A stretch of 64,000 bases of DNA from Trueperaceae bacterium (GTDB lineage Bacteria; Deinococcota; Deinococci; Deinococcales; Trueperaceae). Positions 19,633 to 29,860 of the stretch are shown in pieces; within the stretch, counting starts at the first letter, position 1, and every line of letters begins with the position of its first letter. The position numbers were made by a program, and so were the translations under genes. The notes under the pieces were generated by a model. It ran no database searches and was not told where the DNA came from. It saw only the letters and a program-made list of their open reading frames with translations. The DNA lies in NCBI GenBank assembly GCA_034520945.1, contig JAXHNB010000006.1, positions 544,001 to 608,000 of the forward strand, in the 5' to 3' direction.

Positions 19633-21204
19633 ATGCCGCGGATCCTCGTCACGGACAACCTGAAATTGGGCGACGCCCGCTACGACGGCGTCGAGGTGGA
19701 CGACCGCGCCGGCATCACGCGTGAGGAGCTTCTGTCCATCGTTGGGGACTACGACGCGCTGATCACCCGCTCGCGCACCAAGGTGGACGATGCGTTGCTG
19801 GCGGCGGCGCCCCGCTTGAGCGTGGTGGGACGCGGCGGCGTGGGGGTCGACAACATCGACCTGGACGCGGCCAGCCGGCGGGGCATCGTGGTCCTCAACG
19901 CCCCCGAAGCCAACAGCGTGTCCGCCGCGGAGTTGGCCGTGGCATTGATGCTGGCCGCCTCGCGCGGGGTGGCGCGCAGCGACCGGCTGGTCCGGGACGG
20001 ACGTTGGGACCGCTCCTTCCTAGGAAGGGAGGTGAAGGGCGCCCGGCTCGGGATCGTCGGGCTGGGCCGCATCGGGTCGCTGGTCGCGCGGCGTGCCCAA
20101 GGGCTGGGCATGGAGGTCGCGGCGTACGACCCCTACGTCAGCCGGCATCGGGCCGAGGAGCTGCACGTCGAGCTGTTCGACGAGCTCCAGTCCATGCTGG
20201 CCCGAAGCGACGTGCTGAGCGTGCATACGCCCCTCACCGACGAAACGCTCGGCATGATCGGAACGGCCGAACTGGCCGCGATGCCCACGGGGGCGACCGT
20301 CGTCAACGCGGCCCGCGGCGGGATCGTGGACGAGGATGCGCTGTTTGGCGCGCTCGAAGCCGGCCACCTGTTCGCGGCCGGCTTGGACGTGTTCCGGCAC
20401 GAGCCTCCCTCGCAGGACCATCCGCTGTTGTCCCGGGACGACGTGGTCGTCACGGCGCACCTCGGCGCCAACACCACTGAAGCGCAGGCGCGCATCGGCT
20501 CCGAGATCCTCGAGCGCGTGGCGCATGCGTTGCGCGGCGACTACGCCAGCGGCGTGGTGAACGCGCCGGCGCTGTCCGGCGAGGTGATGCGGGACCTGGG
20601 GCGCCACCTGGAGCTCGGCGAGGTCCTGGGGCGGACCGCCTCGCAGCTCGCCGAGGGCCGTGTGCGCGAACTGGAGGTGGAGTTCGCCGGCGACTTCCCG
20701 CGGGACCCCGATCCGATCGCGACCGCGGTGACGAAAGGGTTCCTGGAGCCGATCCTGGACGAGGCGCCGAACTACGTGAACGCCGCCTCCATCGCTCGCG
20801 AGCGCGACGTTCGCGTCTCCAAGGTCACCGCCTCTCGCGACCGTGGCTATACCAGCCACGTCCTGGTGACGGCCCGCAACGAGGCGGGCGAGACCAGCGT
20901 GGCCGGCACCGTCCTGGGCGACAAGCCGCGCATCGTCGGCATCGATGGCTATCGCATCGAGATCCGACCGGCCGGCGCGATGCTGATCTGCACCAACGTG
21001 GACCGTCCGGGGGCGGTGGGGCGCGTCGGCACGGTGCTGGGCGACGCGGGCGTGAACATCGTGGGGATGCAGCTCAGCCGCGTGGATGGGGACGGCACGG
21101 CGATGTTCGCGCTCACCTTGGACCAGGCGCCCCCCGAGCAGGTGCTGGACGTCCTGCGTGGCATGAGCGACGTGATCCGCAGCCTGCGGTTGGTGCGCAC
21201 GTGA
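19633..21204 (+). CDS. serA: D-3-phosphoglycerate dehydrogenase (long form with ACT domain)
   Basis: GRGGVGVDNID, GLGRIG, NAARGG, HLGANT, C-terminal DRPGAVG ACT domain. Confidence 0.94.
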   Translation: MPRILVTDNLKLGDARYDGVEVDDRAGITREELLSIVGDYDALITRSRTKVDDALLAAAPRLSVVGRGGVGVDNIDLDAASRRGIVVLNAPEANSVSAAELAVALMLAASRGVARSDRLVRDGRWDRSFLGREVKGARLGIVGLGRIGSLVARRAQGLGMEVAAYDPYVSRHRAEELHVELFDELQSMLARSDVLSVHTPLTDETLGMIGTAELAAMPTGATVVNAARGGIVDEDALFGALEAGHLFAAGLDVFRHEPPSQDHPLLSRDDVVVTAHLGANTTEAQARIGSEILERVAHALRGDYASGVVNAPALSGEVMRDLGRHLELGEVLGRTASQLAEGRVRELEVEFAGDFPRDPDPIATAVTKGFLEPILDEAPNYVNAASIARERDVRVSKVTASRDRGYTSHVLVTARNEAGETSVAGTVLGDKPRIVGIDGYRIEIRPAGAMLICTNVDRPGAVGRVGTVLGDAGVNIVGMQLSRVDGDGTAMFALTLDQAPPEQVLDVLRGMSDVIRSLRLVRT

Positions 21205-22418
21205 ACGCTGCGCAAGGGGAGCCCGAGGCACTGCGCAAGGCACGCCTGCTGGCGCCGGGGCCGGTCGAGGTGCCCCCCGACGTGCTCGAAGCCGTCGGCC
21301 GGCCGCCGCTGCACCACCGCAGCCCTGCCTTCGCGGAGCTTCTCGGCCGAACGCGCGAGGGACTGGCGGCGCTCGCCGACGTGCCGGGCGACGACGTCCT
21401 CGTCGTGACGGGCAGCGGCACGGCGGGGTTCGAGGCGGCCTTCCTGGCCGCCGTTCCCCATGGGGCGCCCGTCGTGAGCGCGCATGCCGGCAAGTTCGGT
21501 GCGCGCTGGGCCGAGCTCGCCCGGCGCTACGGGCACCCCGTCACCGAGACCACGGCGCCGTGGGGCGCCTGCTTGGATCCCGAAGCCGTCGCACGCGCCG
21601 TGCGGGACACGCCCGGCGTCCGCGCCGTGACCATGGCCCACTCGGAGACCAGCACCGGCGTTCTGCACGACGTGCGCGAGATCGCGCGGGCCGTCCGGGA
21701 GGTGGCGCCGGAGGTGCTGGTGATCGTTGACGCCGTCACCAGCCTGGGCGTCACCGAGCTGCGCCCGCGCGCATGGGACCTGGACGTCGTGGTGTCGGGC
21801 TCGCAGAAGGGGGTGATGCTGCCGCCGGGGTTGTCGTTCGCCTGGCTGTCGGAGCGGGCCTGGTCGACGGAGGGACCCAAGACGCCGAGCTTCTCGCTGG
21901 ACCTGCGGAGCGAACGCGAGCGGCAACGAAACGGCACCACCGGCACGACGCCGGCCGTGTCGCTCATCGCGGGTCTGGACGTGGCGCTGTCGCGCCTGCG
22001 GGCGGTCGCACCGGAGACGCTGTGGGCGACCCGCGCGCGGCGGAACGCGGCCGTGCTGGCGGCCGGTCTTGCGGTGGGTGCGCGGCCCTTCGCCGAGCGT
22101 CCCAGCCCGGCCGTCGCCGCGCTGGAGGTGCCGGCCGGACTGGACGCCCGCGACGTCGTCGCGGCGTTCGCGCGGCGAGGCGTCCGCATCGGCGGGGGGC
22201 AGGACCACATCGCGTCGCGCGTGATCCGCCCGTCGGTCCTGGGCTGGGCCGACGACTTCGACGTGCTGGGCCTGGCCGGCACGCTGGAGGCGGTCCTGCG
22301 CGAAGGCGGTGCGGATGCGCCGTACGGCGCCGGACCGGCCGCGGCCGCGCGGGTGCTCGACCAGGCCGACGGATGGCGCGATCGCCGGGGGCGTCAGGGG
22401 CGCGCCAGCGCCACGTAG
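21201..22418 (+). CDS. Class V PLP aminotransferase (serine-pyruvate/phosphoserine aminotransferase-like)
   Basis: LAPGPV, HHRS, GSGTAG, HSETSTGV, DAVTS, SGSQKG PLP lysine, PPGL. Confidence 0.88.
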   Translation: MNAAQGEPEALRKARLLAPGPVEVPPDVLEAVGRPPLHHRSPAFAELLGRTREGLAALADVPGDDVLVVTGSGTAGFEAAFLAAVPHGAPVVSAHAGKFGARWAELARRYGHPVTETTAPWGACLDPEAVARAVRDTPGVRAVTMAHSETSTGVLHDVREIARAVREVAPEVLVIVDAVTSLGVTELRPRAWDLDVVVSGSQKGVMLPPGLSFAWLSERAWSTEGPKTPSFSLDLRSERERQRNGTTGTTPAVSLIAGLDVALSRLRAVAPETLWATRARRNAAVLAAGLAVGARPFAERPSPAVAALEVPAGLDARDVVAAFARRGVRIGGGQDHIASRVIRPSVLGWADDFDVLGLAGTLEAVLREGGADAPYGAGPAAAARVLDQADGWRDRRGRQGRASAT

Positions 22419-23164
22419 CGCGGCGCGTCCGCAATGATCGGTCGGCGGTCGAAATCGCCGAAGATGCGAACCGTCGCGAAGCCCGCGCCGCGGAGCGCCC
22501 GCTCCAGCTCGTAGCGGTGGAAGTAGCGTTGGTGCAGCCGCCGGCGCGTGCGGCGGACCACGCCCGCCTCGTCGGTCTCGTCCAGCAGGTACAGCGAGGT
22601 GACGCTTTGCGTGGCGGGGTCGTGATGCTGCACCAACCACAGGTCCTGGTGGCGGCCGGCGGCGGACGTGAGCGCCGCCTCGCGCCGCAGCACGCCCATG
22701 GGGCCGAACCGCGGCGCGAACACGTCGCACGCGAACGCCCCGCCGGGGATCAACGCCTGGCGGGCCCTGGCCAGCACGGCGTCCTGGTCGGCCAGCGCGT
22801 GCAGGTGCATCAGCATGTGGAACGGCGCCACCACCAACGCGAAGCGGGGGGACGGTGCCATCTCGCGCGCGTCGTCCGCGCGCAGCGTCACCGTGCTCGC
22901 CACACCCGCCCGTTCCAGACGCGCCTGCGCCCGCGTCCGCATCTCGTCCACCGGTTCCAGCGCCACCACCTCGGGCGCGACGCGTGCCAACTCCACCGTG
23001 ACGCGCCCCGTGCCCGCGCCGAGCTCTAGGACCGGCCCCGACTGGTCGAGCGCCAGTTCGCGGTAGAACGCCAGGTCGTCGCGGTAGTGCGCGTACTGCG
23101 CGTCGTACGCTTCGGCGTCCCGGTACAGGTCCCGCGCGTCGTTCACCGTGTCCAGCGCTTCCAT
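22394..23164 (-). CDS. Class I SAM-dependent methyltransferase
   Basis: VLELGAGTGRV motif I, L-PGG; overlaps the stop of the upstream GT2 gene. Confidence 0.85.
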   Translation of the reverse strand: MEALDTVNDARDLYRDAEAYDAQYAHYRDDLAFYRELALDQSGPVLELGAGTGRVTVELARVAPEVVALEPVDEMRTRAQARLERAGVASTVTLRADDAREMAPSPRFALVVAPFHMLMHLHALADQDAVLARARQALIPGGAFACDVFAPRFGPMGVLRREAALTSAAGRHQDLWLVQHHDPATQSVTSLYLLDETDEAGVVRRTRRRLHQRYFHRYELERALRGAGFATVRIFGDFDRRPIIADAPRYVALARP

Positions 23165-23919
23165 CGCCACATCATCCGAAGCAGCCCGCCCTGGCGCGTC
23201 GACTCCAATTCGCCGAAGTCGCCCTCGAAGTGCCGGGCCAGGCGGTAGCGGGCCGAGTAGCGCCGGCGCCGAACCGATCCCTCGACCTCGGTCCCGGAGA
23301 ACCCGCGGGCCTGGGCAGCCTCGATCCGTGCACGGGCCTGCGCTTCGGAGCGGAACGGGTAGTGCTTCAGGATCGGCATGCGACCGTACGGGCGCCAACC
23401 GATGCCGCGCGGCACCACGCGCCCGTGTTCGCCCGAACGGTACGCGGCGCCGGGTCGGTCGCGGAACTGTCGCAGCTCCACCCAGAACGGGCTGTACCAG
23501 CGCACGCGCTCCTGCACCGGCAACGTCGGGTCGAGCGTGTCGTCCTCGTGCAGGAAGAACTGCATCGCCGCCCAGTTCACGCGATGGGCGCCGGCGCGCT
23601 CGGCCGCCTCCACCACCGCGTTTGCGTCATCGTGGAAAATCTCGTCGCCGTGCATCAGCGTGTACCAATGATCGGCACCGTACCGCTGGCGCGCCCGGTC
23701 CAGGAGGGCCTGCCGGTGATGATCCCGCACCCGCCCGTCCGGCGCGACCTCCTCGTCGCGAAGCACGGCCTCCACCTTCGGGCACGCCGCCAGGATCCGT
23801 TCGGATCCGTCGCTGGAGCCGTCCAGCGCGAAGATCGCGTCGACGCTCGCCGCGTTCACACGCAGCATCTCTTCGAGGACGTCGCCCTCCTGGTAGGTGA
23901 GGAGCAGGCCGATGTTCAC
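23143..23919 (-). CDS. Glycosyltransferase family 2 (GT-A fold)
   Basis: TYQEGDVL, ALDGSSDGS, WYTLMHGDEIF, ILKHYPFRS; GTG 23919 overlaps the msbA stop. Confidence 0.75.
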   Translation of the reverse strand: MNIGLLLTYQEGDVLEEMLRVNAASVDAIFALDGSSDGSERILAACPKVEAVLRDEEVAPDGRVRDHHRQALLDRARQRYGADHWYTLMHGDEIFHDDANAVVEAAERAGAHRVNWAAMQFFLHEDDTLDPTLPVQERVRWYSPFWVELRQFRDRPGAAYRSGEHGRVVPRGIGWRPYGRMPILKHYPFRSEAQARARIEAAQARGFSGTEVEGSVRRRRYSARYRLARHFEGDFGELESTRQGGLLRMMWRWKRWTR

Positions 23920-25646
23920 GCTTCGCCCCCGCCTTCCCTCGTGCCCTCCGGCGGGCCCGCCGGAACGCCGTGCGGCGCTTCGGACCGCAAGGTACCGTCC
24001 TCCAGTCGCCAGACGCGGTCGGCCGCCCGCGCGAGCCCCGGCCGGTGGGCGGCCACGAGGAGCAAGCGGCGCCTGGCTTCCTGACGCAGCACCGCGACGA
24101 CGTCGGCCTCGCTGGCCTCGTCCAGGCTCGAGGTGGGCTCGTCCAGCACGACGACCTCCGGTTCGCTGAGCAGCGCCCGGGCCAGCGCGATGCGCTGCCG
24201 TTGTCCGCCCGAGAGCCCGCCGCCGTCCTCGCCCAACACGTGGCCTAAGCCGCCGGGAAGGCTGCGCACCAACTCGTGCAGCCCGACCGCCTCCAATGAC
24301 GACCACAAGGCCGCCTCGTCCAATTCGCGGCCCATGGCGAGATTGTCGCGCACGCTGCCCGACAACAGGTCGAGGCCCTGCGGCACGTACCCCACGCGGC
24401 GGCGCAGCTCCGCGTCGTCCATCTCGGCCAAGGGCGTTCCGTCCAGCGCCACCGTGCCTTGCTCGGGCGCGATGAAGCCCAGCAGGAGGCGGAGCAGCGT
24501 CGTCTTGCCGGCGCCGCTCTCGCCGCGCACCACCACCATGCCGACGCGCGGCAGATCGAGATCGATGCCGCGCAGCACCTCGTCGCGGCCGTAGCCGTGA
24601 CGCACGGCGCGTAGGGCCATTCCGCGCGCGGGCGCCGGCGGGCGGGCCGGAGGGTCTCCTGGCGGGGCCTTCGTGGACGCCTCCTCGGCCGGGGGCGTGG
24701 CCAGCGCGCGCAGGCGTCGTGCCGCGCTGGCCGCCTGCGAGCGCATCGCCCACCCGCGCGGGAACAGCTGGGCAGGCGTCGCCAGCAGGGCGACCAGCGT
24801 CAGGTACCCCACCACTTCGCCCGTGGTGAGGGCCCCCGACACCACGCGGCCGCTCAGGAGCAGCACCAGGCCCCCCACCGCGGCGAAGGTGAGCAGCATG
24901 GTCGTCGGCACCTGGGCCGCGGCCAGCGCGGCCCGCCGCCGCATGGCCCGTTCGGTGTACGCGTTCAGGGGACGGAAGCGGCGCAGCATCATCTCGGTGG
25001 CGCCGAACGCCCGGATCGCCTCGTGATGCCGAAAGCCCTCCTGCAGCGAGCGCCCCAGCGACTCGCTCCCCTCCTGTGAGCGGCGCGCCACCTGCTCCAG
25101 CGCGCGGTTGAGCCGCCTGAGTCCCCACACCGTGGGCAGTCCCAGCGCGACCAGCAGCGCCGTGGCGCCCGGGTCGAGGTACGCCAGGTAGGCGAGGATG
25201 CCCACCACCGCCGCGCCCTCGGCCAGGAGCGTGCCGAGGCCGTACTGCAGGAACACCTCTACCTCGCGCAGGTCGTACAGCACGCGACTCGCCAGCCCGC
25301 CGCTGGTGCCGGGGAGCCGTCCGGGGACGCGCGCCAACAAGCGGCGGTACGCCGTCTCGCGCCAGCTGGCGGCCGTGCGGGCGGCCGCCCGGCCCAGCAG
25401 GGCGTCCTGCAGGTACTGCGCCGCCGCCCCACCGACGGCGACCGCCGCCGACACCCCCAACACGGCGCCGAGGGCGGAGGGGTCGCGGGTCTGCAGCACG
25501 CGATCGAATACCGGTGTCACGAACACGGGCACGATGGCCACCCGCAGCGCTGCGTTGGCGAGGGCGCAGACGAGGCCTCCGGCCGCGCTCCAGGACCGCG
25601 GAAACAACAGGGCGGGGGGCGTCCACGTCGGTCCGCCCCCGCTCAT
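23916..25646 (-). CDS. msbA: ABC exporter, fused TMD-NBD (MsbA-like lipid flippase)
   Basis: 6-TM N-terminal domain, GESGAGKTT, LSGGQRQRIALARAL, LDEPTSSLD, AHR; lies directly after lpxB. Confidence 0.7.
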   Translation of the reverse strand: MSGGGPTWTPPALLFPRSWSAAGGLVCALANAALRVAIVPVFVTPVFDRVLQTRDPSALGAVLGVSAAVAVGGAAAQYLQDALLGRAAARTAASWRETAYRRLLARVPGRLPGTSGGLASRVLYDLREVEVFLQYGLGTLLAEGAAVVGILAYLAYLDPGATALLVALGLPTVWGLRRLNRALEQVARRSQEGSESLGRSLQEGFRHHEAIRAFGATEMMLRRFRPLNAYTERAMRRRAALAAAQVPTTMLLTFAAVGGLVLLLSGRVVSGALTTGEVVGYLTLVALLATPAQLFPRGWAMRSQAASAARRLRALATPPAEEASTKAPPGDPPARPPAPARGMALRAVRHGYGRDEVLRGIDLDLPRVGMVVVRGESGAGKTTLLRLLLGFIAPEQGTVALDGTPLAEMDDAELRRRVGYVPQGLDLLSGSVRDNLAMGRELDEAALWSSLEAVGLHELVRSLPGGLGHVLGEDGGGLSGGQRQRIALARALLSEPEVVVLDEPTSSLDEASEADVVAVLRQEARRRLLLVAAHRPGLARAADRVWRLEDGTLRSEAPHGVPAGPPEGTREGGGEA

Positions 25647-26872
25647 CGGGGCGCCTCGAGGCGCTGCAGCAGGCGCGTGGCGACACGGCCCGCGGCGCCC
25701 GGCCCGGGCATCGTCTCGCGGAGGCGCGAGCGCACGCGCGCCAGCTCGCCCTCGTCGCGCAACCACGCGGTCAGGCGCGCCGCCAGATCGTCGGCGTCCA
25801 TCCGGCCCGTGACCTCCTCGAACAGGCGTTCGCCCGCGATGCGGTTCGGCAACGACACCGGTTGATCCAGCCCCTGCACCCAGGCCCGCACCGCGGCGCG
25901 CTTGAGGTACCGTCCGACCCCGGGGATCAGGCCGAGCCAATGGCCCGCGCCCTCCAGGGGGATCAGCTCCGGCCGGTCCAGGGGGAGGATCACCAGCGAG
26001 GGGACGCCGGCCACCCCGAGCTCCAGCGTGTTGGTGCCGGGGATGGTGATCGCCGCGTCGGCGCTGAGCATGTGCGCGTGGCGCTCCTCCTCCGGCACCA
26101 TCTCCAGCACGGTGCCCGAGGGGGTGAGGATGCGGCTGCCGTCCCGCCGGCCGTGCGTGCCGCCCAAGGTGTCCGCGTGACGGCCCGCAATGCCGTCCGT
26201 GAGGGTCTGCTCGTCCAGAAGCCGGCTGACGGGCCACACGAAGCGTGCGTCCGGCCACCGTTCGCCCATCCGGTCGACCACCGCCAGCATCAGGGGGATC
26301 AAATGGCGGGCGAATTCGTTCCGGCTGCCCGGGAGGACCAGCACGTGCGGGTCGCCCGGCGCAGCGGCCGGCGCCGTCGCCGCGACGGCGTCGGCGACCA
26401 GATTGCCGACCACCTCGATGCGGTCGGCCGGGGTGCCCAGGCGGCGGGCCCGTGCGGCCTCTCGCGGGCCTGGAAGGTAGTGCCGCTCGATGCGGCGGTG
26501 CGGCGCCACCGTGAAGCCGTAGCGGTGCAACGGATGGCCCAGCGCCCGGGCCAAACGCGCGCCGAGGGCGATGTTGCCCCCCATCTGCAGCACCACGCCG
26601 CGTTCGGCGCCGAGGCCCGGCGGTGCGCGGCCGGCCGGCACGTTGCGCAGGTATTGCGCGGGGGTGGTGACGAGGTCCGCGCCGAACCGCTCGGCGATGG
26701 CCGCCTCGCGCCCGCTGGCGAACTGGCATGGCACCAGGGCGATCTTGGCACGCAGCTCGGGCGCGTGGTGCCGCAACTCGCGAAGCACGGGCCAGGTCCA
26801 GGTGTACAACTCGCCGGGGCCGTTGCTGACCAGCACCACCTCGCGCGCGTCGTGGCCGTCGGCTCGGCCCAC
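25643..26872 (-). CDS. lpxB: Lipid-A-disaccharide synthase-like GT-B glycosyltransferase
   Basis: SNGPGE N-terminus, VVGN, LPGSR, PGTNTLEL, SLPN; follows lpxA. Confidence 0.75.
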   Translation of the reverse strand: MGRADGHDAREVVLVSNGPGELYTWTWPVLRELRHHAPELRAKIALVPCQFASGREAAIAERFGADLVTTPAQYLRNVPAGRAPPGLGAERGVVLQMGGNIALGARLARALGHPLHRYGFTVAPHRRIERHYLPGPREAARARRLGTPADRIEVVGNLVADAVAATAPAAAPGDPHVLVLPGSRNEFARHLIPLMLAVVDRMGERWPDARFVWPVSRLLDEQTLTDGIAGRHADTLGGTHGRRDGSRILTPSGTVLEMVPEEERHAHMLSADAAITIPGTNTLELGVAGVPSLVILPLDRPELIPLEGAGHWLGLIPGVGRYLKRAAVRAWVQGLDQPVSLPNRIAGERLFEEVTGRMDADDLAARLTAWLRDEGELARVRSRLRETMPGPGAAGRVATRLLQRLEAPR

Positions 26873-26873
26873 C

Positions 26874-27641
26874 TCAGGCCCCTGCGAAGCGCGCCACGCC
26901 CCGGCGGCTGTCGTTCCGGAAGGCGCGCAGATGCGCGACGTCCGGCCACTCGGTCGCCAGGGCGTCCAGCTGCGCCTCGTCGCGCCGCCGCAGGGCGCGC
27001 AAGGCGCGCTGGAGGGCGCGGGCGCGGTCGCCGTCGATCCCGTGCCGCGCCAACCCCACGCGGTTCAGCCGGTAGTGCCGGGCCATCGACCCTCGTGCCA
27101 ACGCGAAGGGAAGGACGTCGCGGTTGACGTGGCTGCCCCCACCGATCATGGCGAGCTCCCCGACGCGGGCGAACTGGTGGACCAGCACCCCCCCGCCCAC
27201 CACGGCGTACCGGCCCACCTCCGCGTGCCCCCCCAGTTGGACCGCGTTGGTGATCACGGCCTCGGCCCCGACGGTGACGTTGTGCGACACGTGCGCGGAC
27301 GTCATCACCAGGACCGACGCCCCGACGCGCGTTTCGGCACCTTCGCCGGTGGCGCGGTGCACCGAGGTGAACTCGCGCAGCTCGACGTCGTCCTCCAGCA
27401 CGGCCCAGCTGTCCTCGCCGCGGAACTCGTGATCCATGGGGGGTTCGCCCACCGTCGCGTAGGGTCCCAGGCGGCACCGCGCGCCCACCACGGCGCCGGT
27501 GCGGAGCACCGTGCCGACCTCCACCCGGCTGTCCGCACCGATCCGAACGCCGGCCTCGATCACCGCATGCGGGCCCACGCGTACGCCGCCTGCGAGCACG
27601 GCGGCATCGTCCACCACGGCGCTCGCGTGGACGTCCGCCAT
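26874..27641 (-). CDS. lpxA: Acyl-ACP--UDP-N-acetylglucosamine acyltransferase
   Basis: Hexapeptide repeats, LREFTSVHRAT, AHVSHN, LGGH, VHQF, LNRVGL. Confidence 0.9.
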   Translation of the reverse strand: MADVHASAVVDDAAVLAGGVRVGPHAVIEAGVRIGADSRVEVGTVLRTGAVVGARCRLGPYATVGEPPMDHEFRGEDSWAVLEDDVELREFTSVHRATGEGAETRVGASVLVMTSAHVSHNVTVGAEAVITNAVQLGGHAEVGRYAVVGGGVLVHQFARVGELAMIGGGSHVNRDVLPFALARGSMARHYRLNRVGLARHGIDGDRARALQRALRALRRRDEAQLDALATEWPDVAHLRAFRNDSRRGVARFAGA

Positions 27642-27645
27642 GGCG

Positions 27646-28065
27646 TCAGCCGACGTAGACGAAGGAGAGTTTGGCTTCCGTCACGACGTCCCCATCGACC
27701 CGCGCCCGCGTGTCCGCCTTGCACAGGCCGTGCCGGAACGCCCGCAGGGTGCCCTCCAGGTGGAGCGTGTCGCCCGGCACCACCTTGCGGCGGAACTTGG
27801 CGTCCTGAATGCCCGCAAGGTAGCCCGTGGTCCCGTTCGACTCGCCCTCGCGCAGCGCCAGGCCGACCGCTGCGGCCTGCGCCAACGCCTCGACGATCAA
27901 CACGCCGGGCATGACCGGCTCGCCAGGGAAGTGCCCCTGGAAAAACGGCTCGTTCACGGTGACGTTCTTGAGGCAGACGAAGTCGTCGCCGTCCTGCGAC
28001 AACACGCGGTCGACGAGCAAGAACGGGTAACGGTGAGGCAGAAGCTGGCGAACGTCGACGTCCAT
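27646..28065 (-). CDS. fabZ: 3-hydroxyacyl-ACP dehydratase
   Basis: [39 protein letters not shown]. Confidence 0.97.
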   Translation of the reverse strand: MDVDVRQLLPHRYPFLLVDRVLSQDGDDFVCLKNVTVNEPFFQGHFPGEPVMPGVLIVEALAQAAAVGLALREGESNGTTGYLAGIQDAKFRRKVVPGDTLHLEGTLRAFRHGLCKADTRARVDGDVVTEAKLSFVYVG

Positions 28066-28070
28066 GCGCG

Positions 28071-29069
28071 TCAGTGTAGCGCAGGGTCGTCGCGGCGCTC
28101 GGGCCCGGCGCGCGTGGCCAGTTGCGCGATGAGCCGCGTCGCCAACGCCAGCGACCTTAGGTCGTCCTCCAGCGTGCCGATCGGCAGGGCGTCCTGGTCG
28201 ATCCGCGACACGAAGTGCGCCAGTTCTTCGCGCAGCGGGTTGTCTTCCTGCACCACGTGCCGATCGGACCGGACGTGCGTCCCGCCGTTGCCGTCGTTTC
28301 CGGCGCGATACACGGATATCTCGCTGTGCGGCTCACGCAGGAAGTCGACGCGCAGCGTCTGGTCGTGCTCGGCGAGCACCAGGCACCGCTCGGCGTCGGG
28401 GGCCACGCGCGAGGCCAGGAACCGCGCGATGCATCCGTTGCGGAACGTGATCTGCGCGGCGGCGACGTCCTCGTGGCGGCCGCCGTTCACGGTGTGGCCG
28501 GCGACCGTCACCTCGTCGATTCCGTGCGGCACCAGGCCCAGCACGATGTCGATGTCGTGGATCATCAAATCGAGAATCACGCCGACGTCCTTGATGCGGG
28601 TCTCGATCGAGAGGCGGCGCGCTTCGATGAAATAGGGGTTCCGCACGCGTTCGCCCAGCATCCGCACCGTTCGGAAGAAGCGCGTGATGTGCCCCACCTG
28701 CAATACCAGGCCCGCGGCCCTGGAGCGCGCGGTGAGGTCCTTGGCCTCCTCGACGGTCGCGGCGACAGGTTTTTCGACCAGCACGTGCACGCCTGCGTTC
28801 AGGAGCTCCACGCTCACGGCGTGGTGGGTGCTGGTGGGGGTCACGACGCTGGCTGCGTCGATGCTGCGCTGCGCCAGCAGGGCGGCCACGTCCGAGTAGG
28901 TGTCGCAGGCGAAGTCGTGGCGGGCACGCGCCCGTGCCGCCGGGTCGGGATCGACCATCGCGACCAGCTCGACGGTGGGCAGGGACAGGTAGTTCTGGGC
29001 GTGGTAGCGGCCCATCACGCCGGCGCCGACGACGGCGACGCGGACACGCTTCCCCTCCGGCGGCGTCAC
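28071..29069 (-). CDS. Gfo/Idh/MocA NAD-dependent oxidoreductase (GnnA-like by context)
   Basis: VVGAGVMGRYH, HVLVEKP, QVGH, DLMIHDIDI, ASRV. Confidence 0.85.
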   Translation of the reverse strand: MTPPEGKRVRVAVVGAGVMGRYHAQNYLSLPTVELVAMVDPDPAARARARHDFACDTYSDVAALLAQRSIDAASVVTPTSTHHAVSVELLNAGVHVLVEKPVAATVEEAKDLTARSRAAGLVLQVGHITRFFRTVRMLGERVRNPYFIEARRLSIETRIKDVGVILDLMIHDIDIVLGLVPHGIDEVTVAGHTVNGGRHEDVAAAQITFRNGCIARFLASRVAPDAERCLVLAEHDQTLRVDFLREPHSEISVYRAGNDGNGGTHVRSDRHVVQEDNPLREELAHFVSRIDQDALPIGTLEDDLRSLALATRLIAQLATRAGPERRDDPALH

Positions 29070-29860
29070 GGCCGTCCCGCCGGCGCTTCGGGCGACGCCA
29101 GGGACCGTTTCACCAGGCGGTGGTGCAGCGCGTGCGATCCGCGGTTCACGCGGAGCGTGCCTGCGAACGGCCGGCCCAGCAGGTACATGTCGCCGAGGGC
29201 GTCCAACGCTTTGTGGCGGACCGGTTCGTCCGGTTCACGTAGGGGTACGCACGGACCTTCACCGTCGAAAACGATAACATTCCCGCCCTGGACGCCGGCG
29301 GCCAGGCCGTCTGCGCGCAGCCGGGCCTCGTCGGCGGCAAACCCGAAGGTGCGCGCCCGCAGCAGCTCGTCCCAACGATCGTCGCTGCCCGACCAGTGCT
29401 GGCGGCCGATGGCGGGGTGCGCGTAGGAGATGTCGATCGCGACGGCACGGACCGGTCCGGGCCGCAGGTCGGCCCACGCGCCGTCCTCGCCCCGCACCGT
29501 GGCGTGGAACGCGGTCGGCGTCGCCTCGTTCGTACCGAGCGGAAGCGCGTCCAGCGCCTCGGCCCACGGCTCGGCCGAGCCGTCGAGGATGGGCAGTTCG
29601 TCGCTGTCGCACTCGATGAGCAGGCCGCGCCATACGCCGCGCACCTGCAGCGCTGCCAGCAGGTGCTCGACCACGGCGACGCGCGCGGGTCCCTCGCCCA
29701 GCACGGTGCACGACCGGTTCGAGACGATGCGGTCATGCCGTGGGGGAAAGGTGCGCCCGGCCCGCCGGAACGCCACGGGGCCGGGCCGGGCGTGCAGGGT
29801 CGCCGTCGCGGACGTGCCGGAGTGGACGCCGTGTCCGTCCAGTCGCACGGTGTCCCTCAC
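29066..29860 (-). CDS. lpxC: UDP-3-O-acyl-GlcNAc deacetylase
   Basis: [39 protein letters not shown] zinc motif, GSHALH catalytic His. Confidence 0.92.
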   Translation of the reverse strand: MRDTVRLDGHGVHSGTSATATLHARPGPVAFRRAGRTFPPRHDRIVSNRSCTVLGEGPARVAVVEHLLAALQVRGVWRGLLIECDSDELPILDGSAEPWAEALDALPLGTNEATPTAFHATVRGEDGAWADLRPGPVRAVAIDISYAHPAIGRQHWSGSDDRWDELLRARTFGFAADEARLRADGLAAGVQGGNVIVFDGEGPCVPLREPDEPVRHKALDALGDMYLLGRPFAGTLRVNRGSHALHHRLVKRSLASPEAPAGRP

